A stretch of 64,000 bases of DNA from Massalongia carnosa (Eukaryota), in assembly GCA_965645245.1 (NCBI GenBank), contig OZ287073.1:248001-312000 (forward strand), in the 5' to 3' direction. The notes beneath the pieces are model-generated. The model saw only the letters and a program-made list of their open reading frames with translations, ran no database searches and was not told where the DNA came from. A program made the translations under genes and the position numbers. Of this stretch, positions 13,307 through 26,390 are shown piece by piece; positions within the stretch are counted from its first letter, which is position 1, and every line of letters starts with the position of its first letter.

Positions 13307-14694
13307 CTGCCCGCCGAGCTACAAATAGGTCTACACTTGAGGGGAAAAAAGAGGACACCAAAGAATGATATGAGAAAACATGACGGGAAAGAGTTGAACA
13401 TAAACAAAACAGGGCCACCGATGCAGAATAAAAACCTGCCCATGTTCAACCGCTGAATGTTCATCTATTCTTTTGTCTAAATCATCACTTCAATCACCGA
13501 AGTACTAACTTTAAAGATTTAAACAAAGGCCTATTGCCACGACTTTAGCATAGCCTCCACTTTTATTACAATCGGGGCGGCGTCAACTCTCCATCACATT
13601 GAAAATGATAGCGGACTATCTTGCCTACAGCTTAGAAACCACCCATATTACTACTCGGGGAATGGACCCCCCTATATCGAAAACGAAGTTCTTGAACAGA
13701 CCAATTCATCTTTTAACATACACCCTAGAGCCTCTAAATAACAAGTCATACCCATAGGTTGCACACACGTAATAAAAAAAAGATAGTGAGTGATAGAGGC
13801 AGAAAGGAGTAAAAAGATAAACAGAACAAAGATTACAGAAAGAAAGATAAAAGAAAGATAAATAAAATAGAAAAGGTTAAAAAAGTCCTTAAAGATCAAT
13901 TCAAAAGAAATGATAAATTAATATCTCTTTTATTATTCTTTCGACAGAGAACAAGTCCGATTAATGAACCCCCTTTCTTTCCCGGCCCGAAGAGACTTGT
14001 CTAAACCCGCCAAGCATTTTTTCAGAATAACTATTGTCGGACGGGCTGGTAGACATAATAAAAACTCGATCAGGAGTCTGAGTTAGATCTTAGAATCATG
14101 ATGTTAAGGTATCATAAAGAAAGAAGATTGAGACTCAAAATTTCAATGCTGATCGCTTATTGCAGTTGTGAAATTGGTGGGGATTCGAGTTAAATTATCA
14201 AGGACTGGGTTGGGAATTGAACTAATGTTCCTAGGAATTGGATTGGATGATCAAGATGTCTTTATCAATGAGGCTATAGCTAGGAGGTGGTTTGCTATAC
14301 AAGATGTCGGACGAGGAGTCAGCTATCTACAGGATATGTCCTCTTTTTATACCTGAGCCAGCCCCTTCTTTCTCATGTTTTACCTTCACCCTAGATGAGA
14401 GATTTTGGTGATGGTGGCGGCGATAAGGTGGAGCGATAAGTGGGCCAGTGGATGTGATCGTTCTAGCGATAAGAGGGTATGGTGGAGTGAGGAGATTGGT
14501 GGAGTGGAGTAAGGGGTTTATTCAGACTCATGCCGCGGATGAATCTGAATAGGCTTTCAGGTGGCTTTTACCTCGATCGCCGCTTGGCGGTTCGGGGTAA
14601 TCAATTAGGTTTTAACTCAAACTTTATTTCATGACAGTAGCTCCCCCTTCGAAGGCTGAGCTCCTGCGATGCTGGTTCAGTCATGACACTGACA

Positions 14695-17600
14695 TCAAGG
14701 AATGAGACAAGGGATTATGTGAGGCCCTATGGCATGAGGGTAAGCTTCATGAAATTCATCGATTGCTTGCTGACAATTGGTTAGCAGGTTAAAAGGTTCC
14801 CATGTCATAGGATGTCCTTCCCAATTCACAAGATATTTGAGGAGCGGTGGTTGATAACGTCGATCCGTCTTTGAGTTGAGAATACTGTTGACATACCACT
14901 CGCGTTGACCGTCTGTACCGACTATAGGGTTTCGAGGTTCGTGAAGTTGGCCAGGAAGAGGATCGTCTGCATCGTGCTGCAGAAGGTTGACATGAAAAAC
15001 GGGATGAACTTGTAGCGTGTCGGGAAGTTCAGGCTGAACGATAAGAGGATTGGAAAATACTTTCGTGACCCTATAGGGGCCGGCGTGTCGATCATTCAGT
15101 TTGGCTGCCGGTCGGGCTGTCTGAATTTTTCGAGTATTTAACCATACCATATCATCCACGAGATAGCGGGGGCACGGGCGACGATTCTCGTTAGCGGTGG
15201 CTTCGTAGGAGGCTTGTGCGATTAACATTTGGTCATGAAGATGAGTATCTACATCCTTCATCTTATCCACGAACTGATTAGCGGCAACTAGGTTGGCTCT
15301 TCCTTGAGCGGTCAGATCATGGGGTAGAGGTTCTTCGGGCTCGAATCCTACTCGAGGATGTTGTCCGTGATTGGCTAGGAAGGGAGAAGCGAGGATACTG
15401 GAGGAGTCGGTGTTGTTGCTAGCGAATTCAGCACCTGGTAAGTACTGAGCCCAGTCGTCTTGCATATAATTGACATAGGCTCGAAGATAGTGCTCGATGG
15501 TCGCATTAGCCCTTTCGGTTTGGCCGTCGGTTTCAGGGTGAAAGCTGGTTGATAACCTAGCATCAATCTTAAGACGTTTACACATGAGTTCCCAGAAGTC
15601 GGAGGTGAACTGAGTGCCTCGATCGGAAGTCAAGGCGTCGGGGAGTCCGTGTAATTTCCACACGTTCTGATAGAAGGAGTTGGCAGCTTCTTCTGCCTCC
15701 ATGGAGGTGGTAGGGACAAAGTGTCGCATCTTGGAGAGACGGTCGATGAAGACCAGAACATATCGATAGGTGACACCCATGAAGGTACTAGGAGGCAGTG
15801 GTCCTACATAGTCCATAGAGACATCACGCCATCGACGTTCAGGCGGGGATAGAGGGCGCAGCTAGCCTTGATATCGTTAACGGGACGGTTTGGATCGCTT
15901 ACAGGTGTGACAGTTGCGAATGAATCTTTTTACGGTTTGATGCATATTGGGCCACCAGTACGATCGACTCATCAACTCATAACACTTGGAGCGGCCAGGA
16001 TGACCACCCGCTACACTGATCCTAGATATGCAACCTCTTTAACATGGAATTTGGATTTGGTGATGTCGCATTGTAGCCCGTTTTCTATCAATTTGTTGAG
16101 AACTCTTCTGACATGGATCTCGTGTTCGCCTTCGATTTCACTATAGATAAAGATATCATCGAGATAGGCTGTACAGAAATCGTCAAGAAATTCTCGAAGA
16201 ATGTCGTTGATGAAATGTTGAAAAGAGGCGGGTCCGTTGCACAGACCGAAAGGCAAGACCAGGGATTCGAATAGGCCGAAACGAGTTCGAAAGGCGGTGA
16301 GTTCCTCATCCCCCTCTTTGATTCGAAGGCGATTAAAGGCTGCAATGATATCTAACTTGGTGAATATCTTGGCCCTGGCTAATCGATGCAGGGTTTCAGG
16401 AACCAGGGGAAGTGGATATCGATTTTTTACGGTGACTGCATTGAGACCTCGATAGTCCACGCAAAAGCGAAGTCCTCCTCCCGGATTTTTTTCGAACATA
16501 ACCGGGGACGCGGCGGGCGATTTGCTCGCTCGAATGAAACCTTTAGCCAGGTTCTCATCCAGATAGCGACGAAGTTCTTGAATCTCATCACGGCTCATGC
16601 CGTAAAGAGCTTGATTGGGTGCCTGAAAGCCTTCTTTTAGTTTGATGGCATGGTCATAGGGTCGATGATCGGCTAAGACGTCAGAGTCTTTTTTGGAAAA
16701 TGCGTGCAATAGGTCGTGGTATTGCTTGGGAAGGAGGAGGGCTGGATCGACGTTTTTCTGCTTGCGATATTCGTCTAATTCTTGGGTGGTCACTCATGTC
16801 TGCAGTGTCAGGGCTTGGTTCATGCGAAACAGGGCTAGATGAAGTTCCTTTTCACTAGGACTGTGACGCGGGTTGGGTTGATAGGTTGGTTTCGGTTTAT
16901 TCAGACTGCTATGGCGACTGAATTCGGTTGCGGATTGGATTTCGGTTTTGGGTTCGGTTGGGGTCACTCCGAGGAAGCGATCGATTTCTTTCAAGGAGAG
17001 GCTAAACATCTCGTGGTTTTCTTTGCGTCCGAGACAATTGAAGTTCATGGCGCTTATCTCGCAGATGTCCATGACTGAGGGTTTGATTTTTTGCTGAACG
17101 GCGCGTCTTTCGACCGAAGTTCATTTGGAGGAGGGGCTTCGGTATCGAATTTTTGGTGGGTTGCCTTGTTCAATCGCTTTTTCAATGCGACTGACGTCTT
17201 TCATCTCCTCCTTCACGGAGGTCTCCTGGCCGACGTTTTCGGGCGTGATTGTTATTGTTGAGGTTTCAATTGAGGTTTCAATTGAGGCTGGATTTATGTC
17301 CTCGGATTTCCACACCTCCTGACTTTCAGCAGGCGAAAGAAATTCTTCCTCAGTACGAGCTTGTACTTTGACCGGACGAGGACAGCAGTGATCGAGGCAG
17401 AAAGGAGACGTCAATGATAGAGAGTTGGTGTTGAAATTGATATGGGCTTGATGCCGACGCAGCCACGGGTGTCCGAGAACAATGGGGTATGTTTTCAATC
17501 CAGTTACGAAGAGAAACATTTTTTCCGTGTGTCCGTTTAGATCCATGATTACTTCGGCCGCATGAGTGATGTTTCCAGTCAGGGCCGGTTGACCGTCAAA

Positions 17601-17894
17601 ACCTTCGAGGCGTCGAGCGTATTTCAGAGGATGAAGAGGGATTTGATTAGTTTGCGCGAATTTCTTGTCAATGAATGCATAGCCGGATGCACCACAGTCA
17701 ATCAAACTAAGAGTTTGAATTCGAGATCTACCGAGACGTAAAGTACATGAAACCACTAAGTGGCTGTCTCTAAACGCCTCTTCAGACTCATATTGCTCCA
17801 AAGCGGTTGCTGCAGAAAAGCGAGTGTTTGATCGGAGGGGGGGAGAAAAATAATTGGCTAGCAGACAAGAAGAAATGAGAAATGGTTCCTGCAC
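14695..17894 (-). pseudogene. Gypsy-1 pol: protease, truncated RT, integrase and chromodomain; RNase H missing
   Basis: LIDCGASG protease; [13 protein letters not shown]…YLDD…YLG ends ~16015 and is joined to the integrase GHPG…YWWP…CHTC region; GPY motif; chromodomain WYVNSILNSK…YLVNWEG…TWEP. Confidence 0.9.
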
Positions 17895-17911
17895 GCGACG
17901 ATGCGTAGGAC

Positions 17912-19068
17912 CTAGGCTTTTTTCGAGTCTTCGTGCTCGGAAATGGAGGTCGTATCTGATGAGCGAAGACTGGTTTTCTTATTGGGACAGTCGAGGGCTG
18001 TCTTCCCCGGGTGTTTTTGCTTGCAATAATGGCAGAGATTCCATTTATCACAGATATCCCTCACCCCTTCCGTTTTCAGAGATTTACCTTTGACGGCTGC
18101 CATAGCCTGGCTCAGGTCCATGGGATCTCCGATAGAAGAAGTTGGGACTGGTGCGGAAGGGATATCCGGTGTGCGAGCAAGGGGTGCGGCGAGAGTGATA
18201 GTCGCGTTATCCTTTCGCTGAGACGAGATGGTTGTGGATGTCGGGATAGTCCTGTTGTTGGGAGCCAGGTGTTTGATCTGGCGAATTTTCCGATCGGTAT
18301 TCAACCACATTGCGACATGTTGATCGAAGGTGACTGGCTCCAGGTTGGTTCCGGGGACTCGATAGTGGACGGCGGCGGCTTGAATGACATAGTTGATTTT
18401 GGACTTCATGGCATCAATTAGAGAAGCATCCTCCATTTTGGAGCGATCCTTTTTCTGGGCGAATAGGTTATAGTATTCTTCGAAACTCAGAGTACCCTGT
18501 TTAAGGATTTCGCGAAGATACTTGCGAGCATCTTCCTGCTCGAAGGGGTTACCGCAAGCCTTACGAAGAGCGGTACGCCATTCGAAGAAGGTCTTCAGCG
18601 TGCAGATGCCGTCTAATCGATAGGCGTTCATGAGGTTGTGAGCTCTTTTCCCAATGGTGAGTCGGTTCTCCGCATAGGCGATCTTGGCGACGTCGGTTGG
18701 ATAACGATCATGATTAACATGCATTCGTTGGATAAGGCTTTGTTCCCAGGAGTCCAATTTGGCCTCCTCACCATCGTATTCGGAGATGTCAGGGAGCTTC
18801 TCGGAACGGATATCGACGGGTTTCTTGGCTAAGAGGATCTTCATCACCTCAGCCAGCTGAGAGTCCAAGGTGGGATTGATAGCGGGAGCGGGGACGGGAG
18901 TGGGGACAGGAGCCTGAGTCGACAAGCATCGATTCGTCGATGAAGTTCCGCATTCTCGGCTTGAATGCGAGCGATGCTATCAACGAGTCCTTGAGGGTTG
19001 TCGTTGATATGTCCTTGAAGATATTCTGCGGCGGTTTGAGTTGATTCGGTATCAATTTGATCAGTCAT
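17912..19068 (-). pseudogene. Gypsy-1 gag (frameshift near 18925)
   Basis: ORFs 18844-19068 and 17912-18925; capsid-like region and C-terminal CHYCKQKHPGKTALDC knuckle. Confidence 0.85.
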
Positions 19069-20106
19069 GACGATGGATTATGGGAGAGGAGATAGATCGA
19101 AGAAAATAATGCTTTGGAGGGCTCTTATAATGATCAGGTCCGACGTAATGTCAAGGACTAGGTTGGGAATTGAACTAATGTTCCTAGGAATTGGATTGGA
19201 TGATCAAGATGTCTTTATTAATGAGGCTATAGCTAGGAGGTGGTTTGCTATACAAGACGTCGGACGAGGAGTCAACTATCTACAGGATATGTCCTCTTTT
19301 TATACCTGAGCCAGCCCCTTCTTTCTCATGTTTTACCTTCACCCTAGATGAGAGATTTGGGTGATGGTGGCGGCGATAAGGTGGAGCGATAAGTGGGCCA
19401 GTGGATGTGATCGTTCTAGCGATAAGAGGGCATAGTGGAGTGAGGAGATTGGGGGAGTGGAGTAAGGGGTTTATTCAGACTCATACCGAGGATGAATCTG
19501 AATAGGCTTTCAGGTGGCTTTTACCTCGATCGCCGCTTGGCGGTTCGGGGTAATCAATTAGGTTTTAACTCAAACTTTATTTCATGACATAAATGAAGAA
19601 AGTTAAGTCTGATAAAAACATCCTCATTGCAGCAGTTAGATATCAAATACAAAAAAAAGAAGCATAATACAATAGTAATGCTATCGTTATCTAAGTCACG
19701 AATCCTTGCGCCAACTCGGGGACTTCGAGAATATGTCATTGAATTGACGCCAATTTAAAGCAGGGAGTCCGTGGATCAATTAAATAAAGTCACTCTCTCC
19801 GACGTGCGATTACAATCCTCTCTGATAGATCATAGATCTAACAGAGGCGATAGGCGCAGCAACACATCATGATATTGATATCTTGCGAGAACGATAGATA
19901 GATAAATTCCGAACAGCTGTCAAGAGGGTATATGATCTTATTTTGGATAAGACGATCGACTACAGATAATCAACTTTATTACAAGCATGAAATCTCAGCC
20001 GTTTCGAGAAATCTCTTTTGTCATGTTCTTTTTCATTCTCAGAATATTACTTGCAACACACTTAACTGCACACGATCGTGGCCACTTACCTAACCTGCTC
20101 ATCATG

Positions 20107-20277
20107 TGTAACGGTTCGACCAAGCGTGGTGCGGACGGCAGGACCTACAGCGAACATAGCAGGAGTCCCCAGTTATAGTAGAATAGAGCTTGGTGTGCGG
20201 ACTAAGTATTGTTCCTTTGGTCGGGAAGGACAGGTGGCGCAATGGTATAAATCTATTCACTATCTCGCTTCGTCACA
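20107..20277. repeat. Solo LTR (family B, 171 bp)
   Basis: TGTAAC…GTCACA; TSD TCATG; other copies at 50386-50556 and inverted at 43581-44094. Confidence 0.92.
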
Positions 20278-21006
20278 TCATGAATGATAAGCACATGTTT
20301 CTAAATTACATCCTTAGACCCAGAATTAAGGAGAAGCCAGGTTGAATAAGTGACATGAGCTCGAAAGCAGGGCGTCAGGTTCCGCTTTGATAATGTGAAG
20401 GTTCTCTTCAACTTGATAACTGAAAATAACATTTAAGCATCGTTCGAGTGTGAATCAGCTTCATTCAGTGATGCAAAGTTTTTTCAGTATACGAAAGCTT
20501 TGATGACTTGAGAGAAGCGCACGATCATCAATTCGATGTTTATTCTCTATCGCAACAACAATTTTCGAAGTCATAACGACGAGGCCAAAGCCCTGAATGA
20601 GGCCTAGGAATATCAGCATCAAAATTATAATTTCAATCAACTCAGTCATAAGATGACAGCAAAGCGGTCCGTCATGCGTTTTAACTGTCACCTTTGTTGC
20701 CCTTCATTCATGCTTGGAAATCCTCTCCTATATACATGCACACTACCGATGCCCTCGACTCAAAGAAATTAGGCAAGTAGTAATCGACTTTAATCAGTCA
20801 TCATCCAAAATGCCGCTTCATCCGACCTATCGTCAGGACTGACAATCATTGCCAGCGTCTCTGCGGTGGGACGTCAGAGAGGTGATCCCCTGGCAAAAAG
20901 CTCGTTAGATGGAGAATGTCCCACGCTCACATAATAACTCATCCACACCACAAGGCGTTCAGTTGAGCAATTAAGTATGAATGCATGGAAGATCCCTAGC
21001 CTATTG

Positions 21007-21282
21007 TGTTAGATGGTAAGGACTGCTAGATGGTAAGTGTTAGATGGTAAGGACTACCATCATGGGCATCCATCTAGTGCCTATCTTCGGCGACCCTACC
21101 ACGGGGGCCGAAATGACCTTCGGGGACCGAAAATTAGTGGACTAGCTGACTCCCTATGAAAGGGGGTCGCCGAAAAGTCTTCAATGTGACCGCTATATAA
21201 CGAGTAGATAGCTCACATATAATCCATACCTTCAATGACAATCATGCTATTATACCTACAAAGTGAATCTACAATTTTCATA
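21007..21282. repeat. Solo LTR (family A)
   Basis: TGTTAGATGG…TTTCATA; flanks TATTG/TATTA; matches 4744-4951. Confidence 0.85.
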
Positions 21283-21805
21283 TATTAGAAATTGAAAGAA
21301 GATATGAGAGCCTTCGACATAAGCTAATTGAAGGTTCGAACGATGCGCCTTGCAAAGCCCAAGTCAGAACGTGAGTTGCAAGTCAAGACGAAGGCGTAGA
21401 CTCCAAAGACCCATGATAGGCCCTAATGAGCTTGTAGACTTCACGGCCCTGGAAAAAGGGATGTTCTTTTCAAGTCCCTCAAACGAGGCGCACTGCATAT
21501 TCTTTGAGGGGGCTGTAGGCTCCAATAACTCGTAACAAATGCGTCACCCTGATTCGTCATCCTCTCACCTTCTCAACGTACCATTCTTCAATCATCGCTC
21601 ACCGCCACATCATTTGTCATTCACAGTTCAATCAGCAAGCTCTTGGATACTGGGAGTCTTTATAATCACTGTGATGAATGACACAAGCTTTGGAATCTGG
21701 AGGAATCTGGACCCTTTGAAAGGATGTGATTGCGTAGGATAGCCGTAGCGTGAGTGGCGGTCACTGCAAAGCCCAACTTGCACGGTCAGGTCGCACGGTT
21801 AGCCC

Positions 21806-21910
21806 ACGCGGCCAATTCACAAAGCGGCGTTCAGGTGGCAATATTGGTCCCAGGTGAACGCGGCCCATTCACAAAGCGGCGCTCAGCTGGCAATCTTGGC
21901 CCCAGGTGAA
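21806..21910. repeat. Two tandem 52-bp repeats upstream of a TATA box
   Basis: ACGCGGCC(A/C)ATTCACAAAGCGGCG…CCAGGTGA at 21806 and 21858; TATAAA at ~21978. Confidence 0.85.
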
Positions 21911-22113
21911 TGTGGCCAGGCCACACGACCAGTACAGTAAAGTAAGGCGCGGCTCATGCTAGTCTACTAAACTTATGTATAAAGGGAGTCTCTCAACCAT
22001 GTAAATTAGATATCCAAACATCTGCCTCTCGCAGCCACCGATTCAATTTTCTCTGCGTCTTCCTAAAGCAGATCTTTCCTTTCCCTTTTTATTACATCTG
22101 GTACATTTTCAAA

Positions 22114-22749
22114 ATGAGGTTCTCCGATATGGTTCCACTTAAGGAGGGGATAGAGGTAGATATTAGACTTCATTCTCGATAGTCATATTTAACGTTCGTG
22201 AAGGGCACTGAAAATACACGGAAAGAACCTTCGGAAACTCTTGAAGTTAATGAGTATTGATTCCACGCAATCCTTGACTCAACGAAGCTGAGACATTCTA
22301 GACCACAGGATATCATCCGCACCTGTCAGTACGACTGCACTTTCGCTGATTGCTCTGAAACCTTCCAAAGATGGCAGGACTGGGAAATCCACGAGAATCG
22401 GAAGCATTATCGAGTCGAAACGTGGCACTGTCAAGAACACAGCCTATCGAGTAGGATGGAATCATGCAGGGCGATCTTTCACCGTCGCGAGGATTTTGTC
22501 AGTCATCTGCAACTGAAGCATCAAGTCGAAGATGAGAAGATTATTGACGAGAAATCTTTGACATGTCGTGTGGGTCGGAATGGGCAAGACCGCTTTTGGT
22601 GTGGGTTTTGCAGAAAGCTTATCGAATTAGAATCTCGAGGTGTGGATGCTTGGAATGAGAGACATGATCACATTGAGCGGCACTTTCGAATGGGTATGAG
22701 GGTTTGGGACAGTTGGTATCCAACTAGCAAGGATATCCCCACGACCTAG
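22114..22749 (+). CDS. Short fungal C2H2-zinc-finger-like protein (possibly a truncated paralogue or pseudogene)
   Basis: Reads YDCTFADCSETFQRWQDWEIHENRKH…WHCQE…CRAIFHRREDFVSHLQLKH…RVGRNGQDRFWCGFC…WNERHDHIERHF. Upstream ATG at 22114 with likely short introns; exon structure uncertain. Confidence 0.65.
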
Positions 22750-23662
22750 GCGAAGACAACGATGGAGGTGTCCAAGGATGATATTGTTCATTTATCCTGA
22801 AAACAGGAGATTGGAGAAATTCGATGGGGAGGAACACAGCGGCTGGAGACTTTGATGGTGCTGTTCGAGATGTCGGCCTATCATGTGTAATCATCTATAA
22901 AGTCGAGTTATTCTAGTTTAGTCATCAGCATGTAGAGAAGATTATTTGTTGTCGTGCTTCTAGTGCGCGTGTTCTCTGGCGACCACGTTGCGATCTAGAA
23001 GAACACCAGGATCCATCAGGAATCAAGTCTCCCATGAATGGCAACGTTTCGAGCTAGAACTATGGATTGATGTATTGTCGGTATTGGAATTTGCCGAGAT
23101 ACCTGAATATCTGCGACTGAGGTTCTTTTGCCTCCTGCTTACTAATTTCATATCAGCACGACTTCGACAACTACGAGGAGGCAAAGGTATGCAGCAAAAA
23201 TGCTACATTTCGGAGGCAATTCAGCTGTTCATGATCACTGAGTGTCTCGGTGTCTCCGGTCAGCAATAAGGTGTATTTTGCCCAGCTGAAAAAGTTCAAA
23301 GGAAGCATGTTCATGCATTTCATATAACGTAATTCACCTGTATTCGGAACACCCGCTTATTCGGAACCAACAAAACCACGAAACTTACTTGCAACCATTG
23401 TCTTTTCTATAACTGATTGAAGAAAACCCTAAAATTGATATAATAAGGCAAAGGGTATTATAATTATTATAATAGCTGATTATCGATAAATTACATCGCT
23501 GAAATGGCTTCTTCCCGGCAGTTTCGAGTTACAAAATCGGGATTGCGTAATACAGTCAGATCGGGTTATAAGAAACTCCAAAATCGTAGCACCTAGGTTT
23601 CTTATTAAGCGAGGTTTCTAATATCAAAATTCTTGGCATATTTTCAAGACTATACCTATCGA

Positions 23663-26390
23663 CTACCTAATGGCAAAGAAATCCGTCATTACAGCTTGAC
23701 TAGAGCTAACCGCCATTGAGGTCCTGATATCCCACTCTTTACGATTCAGACGACGTATCAAATCATCGTCACCGACCTCTCGTTGCTCCTCATATAACCG
23801 TAACGTTTCACGAGCTCGTAGAGCGTCCTTGTTTTGGACACGTGATACAATGACCTCCTCCTCCTCCGTCTCGTATTCCCTTTCATGGCCACCATATATA
23901 GCAACGATGTGATCCTCCAAATCCTCTTCGGTATCCTCTACCACCTCTTCAACAGGGTTCAGAAATTCGCCAATATGCATGGCGCTTTGTATATGACTAC
24001 GGTCTTCCAAACGCCGTATTGTAGCTTGTATCTGTAATCGTTGCTCCGTTTCTTGCTCTTGCGCCCGAGTCTCATTGAGATAGCCATATTTCTTCGCCTC
24101 TTCTCGAGTCATTGGCCCATATTTTGCCCCGATTACACGTGATTTCAGCCAACAATTAGAGATAGTTAACTAAGTAACACCGTAATTACAGGCAGCTATG
24201 CACCAACGTATTGCCAGCAGTACGTTGATGGTTTTTAACGGCTCCCTACCTTGTGGTCTAGACCTTGTGTCTAGAGGCAGGTCCGCAGTGTAGATAGAGA
24301 TTCAGTCGGAGGTAACCTTCCATCGCTACGTTGGTAGTGGTGACGGCGAAATGAAGCTACATAGCCTCGGCGTCTAGATTTTATGTTTAGAGGCAGGCTA
24401 GCAATGTAGTGAGGGATCTAGCTGTTGCTAATTGACGAGGTTGTTGACATGACCTCATGCAACGTGCTTTTCGCCTCATCCGCCTCATCCGCCACGGCAT
24501 TAAGTCTATGCCTAATTGGGTAATCTTATCCTGAGCTGTGCCGTTGCCCCTTGATTGTCACAGTTGATTAGTATCAACGCCACATTCAATATCAAGCGCT
24601 TAGCTATGAAAGCTTAAGCAAGTATCATCGAGATACTTCTATGTGGCAATATGAGTCAGAGAGTAAGCTGGACATTACCAATCACGGGTAATACGATGAG
24701 CTCAGAGGAGTCATTGCAAATAGGAGGAATTGAGGTAGTCTCAACTTCTATATAATAGCTGTATCTTCTCTCTGTAAATTAGCTAGTCAGTCATTACATA
24801 GTTTATCACTTCAAGCCTATTTCCAGTCTGTCTCTCACCTTATTTACTGCGTGGAGAGTCTTAGAGAAAGCTGGTTGATCATTCCAGAACCCAATCTAAC
24901 CAACACTAGCCGGAGGTAGAAGTGTTCTACCTTGCAAGGGAAGGTCTAGAAGGCTGCTCGAGGCTGACTAGATGATCCAGCGAACGCCGAGTTCGTAGAT
25001 GGATCCTGAGGGATGGTTGGATGTGTTGAGAATTGAGCCGAGATGTCTGCTTATTAATAAGAGCACTAACCGAATGCGGATCAAGCACTAAGGGTTATTT
25101 CGGCCGTGGCAACACATCACTAATCATTCGAGATGTCATCCATCTGCCAGCTAAGGGAGGCAAAACGGAATATATTGTTAGATGGTGAGGCTACCATTGG
25201 TTAGATGGTCAGGCTACCATCAATATAGGCATCCATCGTGAGTCACACGGGTGTCTACCAGGCACCTATGGAGGTGCCTAACAGGCAGCTATGGGAAGCC
25301 TACAGCATTACTGCAGTGTGACTGCTATAAAAGCAGGTAGATAGCCCACATAGATAATAACCCTCAATGACATGTATGCTTCTTATTTGCCCTACTTCCG
25401 TTTCATGATCAATAGCCTGGTGTTTCAACAGGATGTAAGGCGATAAGGTCAGAAGTGGGTTGCAAGGCTCCTAAAGGTTCCAAAGCTCCCAAGGCTATAG
25501 GCTTGGGGTGAGTAGGATAAATACCAGAACGAATCCTGTAGTATTCGTTAGCAATTAGTCTTTATTCTATGAACAACCTACGTTTGGGTCTCGGACGAGA
25601 TCTCTTGGTCTAAGCACTTCCACATCCATTAGTTCTTTGGATCACGTATACTTTCGGAGACCAGCACGTAGTAGCTATCTTCCACCTCTCACGCTGAGCA
25701 TTTCCCCTTTCGAGATCAGTGTCGCTCGTGATAAGCTTACTGGTCTCGTAGCCCATTACACTCTTCTTCAACCTCCACACGCTTGACGGAACCGAGCTCG
25801 CCGTGTTGTCTATGTTTTGTAATCTTGTATCTTCTTTTGAAAGAATCCAGCCATCCAATAGAGAACCTGGGAGGTGGTTGATTACGGTACAGAGGCAATC
25901 GTTTCCAAAATTTCAAGGCCATTTCTCTTAACAAATCGCCCGACAAAGGCGCTCTTTTGCGTTGCATGCGCTGTTGCCACTCAAATAAGGCCGTTTCTAA
26001 TTCAGGCCAATGTGCAGTTCGAGTTTTCTTCAGATTCGGGCGTAGCAATGCGTGAGATGTATCCAGATGAGCCCATTTATGTGAGAGGATTTTGGAAACT
26101 TGTCCTTTGTCAATTTTATGACGGTAAAGATTGTCAAACCAAACGGCCAGATTTTCGTATTTCTTGTCATCTCCAGATACAGCAGGATCTTGGTAACGCT
26201 GTCGTAATGCTCGTCGTTGATCGTCGGTAAAGGCGTCACGCTTTTTTCTGCTTCTCTCTCTGGGAGAAAGCGGGGATGTAGGACGTTTTCGAGGATTTCG
26301 AGATGAAGGAGATGGAATCTCCGAATTTTGACTATTATATCTCAAAGAAGTCGAAGGAGAAGTCATATTTACTATAAGAAACCACTGCAA
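23663..26390 (-). pseudogene. CENP-B/pogo-like transposase; most of the DDE core replaced by LTR debris
   Basis: 25737-26390 has a CENP-B-type HTH (WPELETALFEW…FSIGWLDSFKRRY). The 23663-24250 region encodes the C-terminus (INVLLAIRWCIAA…TISNCWLKS…). Confidence 0.85.
24252..25740. repeat. Cluster of LTR-like fragments, including a family-A LTR at 25176-25372
   Basis: 25176 TGTTAGATGGTGAGG…CCCACATAGATAAT…AATGACA matches family A. Other TG-initiated segments (24252, 25434) have uncertain boundaries. Confidence 0.55.

Larger units (their letters stand above)
14196..19589 (-). mobile_element. Ty3/Gypsy chromovirus (Gypsy-1) with internal deletion
   Basis: 441-bp LTRs at 14196-14636 and 19149-19589; TSD TAAAT at 14191-14195 and 19590-19594; minus-strand PPT GAAGGGGGAG next to the left LTR. 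Confidence 0.95.
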
